Below, one piece after another: positions 60,084-64,000 of a stretch of 64,000 nt of DNA. A program made the position numbers and the translations under genes. The notes under the pieces were generated by a model. The model made no database searches, had not been told where the DNA came from, and saw nothing but the letters and a program-made list of their open reading frames with translations. Source of the DNA: Anolis carolinensis (taxonomy: Eukaryota); contig NC_085846.1 in assembly GCF_035594765.1 (NCBI RefSeq), positions 106,689,190 to 106,753,189 of the forward strand. The letters run 5' to 3'. Numbering within the stretch: the first letter of the stretch is position 1; every line of letters begins with the position of its first letter.

Positions 60084-60565
60084 CTCTAGAGCTTGGATCC
60101 ACTTTAAATCCACTTTAGGAGGGGGTCTTTAAACAGCTCAGCCAGACAGGTCCTGGGCCTCACCAAACTACAAACCCCAGAATTCTGCAGGAGTCAGAAA
60201 CCGATTTTAAAGTGGATTAATGCTCTAGTGCCGGCTGAGCATTAATCCACCTACCGGCTGTTAGGAATTGTGGGAGTTGGAGTCCAAAACACCTGGAGGG
60301 CCCAAGTTTGCCCATGCCTGCTCTAGTGTGATGAGGCACTTGGTGTCAACTTTACTAGGGGTTTGGCAAATTTGAAAATATTTTTCTTTTTCCCTCTTGT
60401 GGTCCCAATGTACAGTCCTGTTTTATGGGCTTTGGCTGTGCTTTCCTGAAACTTGTTTAGTGCCTTCCAAGCTGACCCTGACTTATGGCGACGCTACAGT
60501 ATGGTTTTTTTGTTCAGATTTATTCACAGGAGTTCCATCATTGCCTTTCCCTACAGCTGCTAGAG

Positions 60566-61298
60566 CAGTGGTTCTCAACCTTTCTAATGCTGTGACCCTT
60601 TAAATACAGTTCCTCATGTACTTCATAACTGTCATTTTACTACTATTATTAATCATAATGTAAATATCTGATATGCTGGAGGTATTTTCATTCACTGGAC
60701 CAAATTTGACACAAATACCTGATACATCCAAATTTGAATACTGGTGGAGTTGAGGAATGATTTTGTCATTTGGGAGTTATAGGTGCTGGGATTTATAGTT
60801 AACCTACAATCAAAGAGGATTCTGAACTCCACCAATGATGGAATTGAACCAAACTTGGCACACAGAATCCCATGACCAACACAAAATACTGGAAGGGTTT
60901 GGAGTGCATTGGCCTTGAGTTTGGGAGTTGTAGTTCACCTCCATCTAGAGAGCACTGTGGATTCCAATCATTGGTTGATCTGGACCAAACTTGGCATGAA
61001 TACTCAATATGCCCAAATGTGAACACTGATGGGGTTTGGGGAAAATTGACATTTGGGAGTTGTAGTTGCTGGGATTTATAGTTCACCTACAATCAAAGAG
61101 CATTTTGAACTTCACCAACGGTGGAATTGAACCAATATTTGCGCACAGAACCCCCTTGACCAACAGAAAATACTGGAGGGATTTGGTTCCTAAGATGATC
61201 AGAAATATGTGTTTTCTGATGGTCTATGGCGACCCCTCTGTAAACCTCATCACACCCCCCCCCCCCCCGGATCCCGACCCCCAGGTTGAGAAATGCTG
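60566..61298 (-). mobile_element. SPIN (Space Invader)-derived non-autonomous hAT element
   Basis: Termini resemble the remembered SPIN MITE/URR1 consensus (cagtggttctcaacctt.ctaatgctg.gacccttt.aatacagttcctcatg ... gatggtct..ggcgacccct ... caggttgagaa); TSD tgctagag / tgctagaa. Confidence 0.8.
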
Positions 61299-61499
61299 TG
61301 CTAGAATGTTTGATTTGTCCAAAGTCATCCAGCAAGTTTCCAGGGCTGACTGGATTTGAACTCTCGTGTTCCAGGTTCCTAGGGTCCTTCCACATAGCCA
61401 TCTAACCCAGAATATCAAGGCAGAAAATCCCACAACATCTGCTTTGAACTGGGTTATCTGAGTCAACACTGCCATATATTCCAGTTCAAAGCAGAAAAT

Positions 61500-62087
61500 T
61501 AGTTATTTATTTACCATACTTGTATCCCGCCGTTCTCAACCCTGAAGGGGACTCTAGGCAGCCTTACAAAGCCAACAATTCGGTTGTCAGAAGCGAACCG
61601 AGGGTACAGTTGTAATGTATTTGAAAAGACAAACAAAGTTAAAAACTTGGCATACTAAATTCGGTGCCGCACATATACATAAATCATTAAAACTGACCAA
61701 TTAAAACATAACATTAAAACAAGAATTAAAATCACATATTCCAGGGCCAGTCTGGGTCATCATTAAATTAACTTATAGTCTGTTATTGCATTGCTCCCAT
61801 TATTGACGAAAAGACTGATCCCAAAGCCATTTTTTTTCCCTGAAGGCCAGGAAGGGGTGGGGGGGCTGATCTACTTTCACCGGGAAGGGAGTTCCATAGA
61901 TGAGGGGCCACCACTGAGAAGGCCCTGTCTTTTGTTCCCCCAGTCGTGCTTGCAAGGGGGGGGTGGAACTACGAGCAGGGCCTCCCCTGATGATCTTAGC
62001 CTCTGAGGTGGATCATAGAGGGAGGTAATTTCAGACAGGTAAGCTGGACCGGAACCGTTTAGGGCTTTATAGGCTAAAGCCAGCACT
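61500..62087 (-). mobile_element. L2 LINE 3' fragment inside a Harbinger-type MITE
   Basis: LALAYKALNGSGPAYLSEITSLYDPPQRLRSSGEALLVVPP; reversed L2 tail at the left. Confidence 0.88.
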
Positions 62088-64000
62088 TATTTGAATGTGG
62101 GATTTTATTCAGCTGTGTGGAAGGGGCCCCAGTCTAATTTTATTCATTCATTTATTTATTCATTTATTTATTTATTAGACTTGTATACCGCTACTCCCAA
62201 TTTGGCTCGGAGCGGTTTACAGAAATAGATCAAAACAATACAATTAGCTTTAAAATAACAATAAGAACAGACATAGCCCCGAGTTTTGACCAAAAGCATC
62301 ATGTTAATATAGTGATGCTACAATATCCATAGCATCTGTATAGGGTTATACGTACTATACACATATTCATAAGACTGGTCAGCATGCTCTGATTTAAACT
62401 GAATGAACAAATTACTCTGCAGCAAAATAATTGGAAATTTTACTTTTTTGGGTTACAGTTACCAGAATCCTGGACTCAGATAGCCCAGTTCAAAGCAGAT
62501 ATTTTGGGTTATCTGCCTTGATATTCTGGATATTCTGGATTATATGGCAGTGTGGGCCATAAATCTAAAACAGATACTAAGCTTGCACCTATGTACATTG
62601 ATATTAAAGACAATGGCAAAATAGATTTCATAATACATAACCTAAAACTACAATATATAATAGCATAATATGTAACCTTTAAACTACAATATAATAACAT
62701 AATTATGTTGCCTTAGAAATACAGTATCTCGCCAGAGTAGACTCAGTAAGGCCCCTTCCACACAGCTGTATAAAATCCACATTGAACTGGGTTATATGGC
62801 CCCAAAATAGGGTCCTTCAACACAGCCCTGTATCCCAGATTATCAAGGCAGAAAATCTCACATTATCTGCTTTGATCTGGAATATATAGTAGTGTGGACT
62901 CAGATAACCCAGTTCAAAGCAGATATTCTGTGATATAGGGCTGTGTGGAAGGGCCCCTAGTTCTTAGCAACATTAATAAGAAAGACAATTCAAAGTAAAC
63001 ATATTTCCACAGTCATATAACCCAGAATATCAAGGCAGAATAACCCACAATATCTGCTTTGAACTGGGTTATCTGAGGGCTCTTCCAGACAAGCCCTGTA
63101 TCCCAGGACCTGATCCCAGGTTTTCTGCATTAAACTGGATTATATGAGTCCCCACTGCCAGATAATCTGGGCTAAACAGAAAGACAACACAAAATAAACA
63201 GATTTCTGTCATATATAACACCCAAACGACCATCTCTTTCAAAACTAAGTAAAACAGACACACTAAGTTAGCACCTACCTACGTTAATACCAGAGACAGG
63301 AGAAAAAAAGCAGATTTTCATGATACAGCACTGAAACTACTAAGTCTAAAGCAGATGCACTAAACTAGCACCTACATACATTAAAACACACCTAACTAAA
63401 CAAACAACTGCTGAAACTAATCTACGAACCTCACATTCTTTGTCTGTTGATTTTGACCCCTTATTATTTTATTTCTTTAGGTAATACTGTGTAACCATAC
63501 TTTGAAAAACATACCTCACATCCATAAATCTAAAGTTGAAATTTGCCCCCATCGTTGCTGTGAAAAGGAGATAAACAAGTCCCAATCTTCCTTGAAATTG
63601 GTCAAAGATCTCTCCTGGATCAGCGTTGTCAGTTTGTCCATCTCAGCATTTGGGTGCTTTTTTTCCCTTCTTTGGTGTCCACCTTCCCCGGACCTCAGGA
63701 GAGGAAGAACAATAATTGTTTATCCTTCAATCCTGAGCAAAAGTGATGAATTACACTCAATTCTGTGGTTGTTCCTCTGCAGATGCTTCGTTCTCTTTTC
63801 TGAGTACCATCCCTGCTTCCCAATTCTTTGACAACACACCCTTATTTAAAAACAGTTTAAGGGTTGGATGTAAACAATCATTCTGCTGTATTTCTACTCA
63901 TCCTGACTGAAGTGTGGCAAAATGTTAGCTCTTCTTCACCTTTTCAGTGACTCCTTAACAAAGTTCAAGCTGATGGTTGTTGTTTGAACAACGCTCATGT

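Noticed and set aside
62470-63185. CRISPR-like or satellite array of repeated aaagcagata/aactggattatat units
   Set aside because: Irregular, inverted subrepeats of adjacent Harbinger-type MITEs in a eukaryotic genome.

Overview
Vertebrate nuclear DNA, almost certainly from an Anolis lizard: it carries Sauria SINEs, BovB-type RTE, Penelope, SPIN-like hAT and Dong/R4 repeats. Three genes are visible. (1) The last two coding exons of IDI1 (+, 66-1034). (2) A complete 17-exon GTPBP4/NOG1 (-, 17592 to 2760). Its exons, reconstructed by hand from splice sites, sum to 1905 nt = 634 aa + stop, and intron 14 is a GC-AG intron. (3) A divergent CpG-island promoter with a non-coding first exon (+, about 59265-59609), assigned to LARP4B by synteny only. 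The ~41 kb between the two promoters has no recognisable protein-coding gene and is dense in often nested transposons. Most notable: a Dong/R4 retrotransposon whose near-5' end was captured in inverted orientation and shows a pseudoknotted, ribozyme-like 5' UTR; five Penelope-derived minimal hammerhead ribozyme motifs, one with an intact core in the sense strand of GTPBP4 intron 1; several multi-layer TE nests that give a relative chronology; a TCT/5'TOP-like initiator with a uORF at the putative LARP4B start; and a possible spliced non-coding transcript at 31.4-33.1 kb. TE family names come from remembered motifs, not database searches, and many TE boundaries are approximate.
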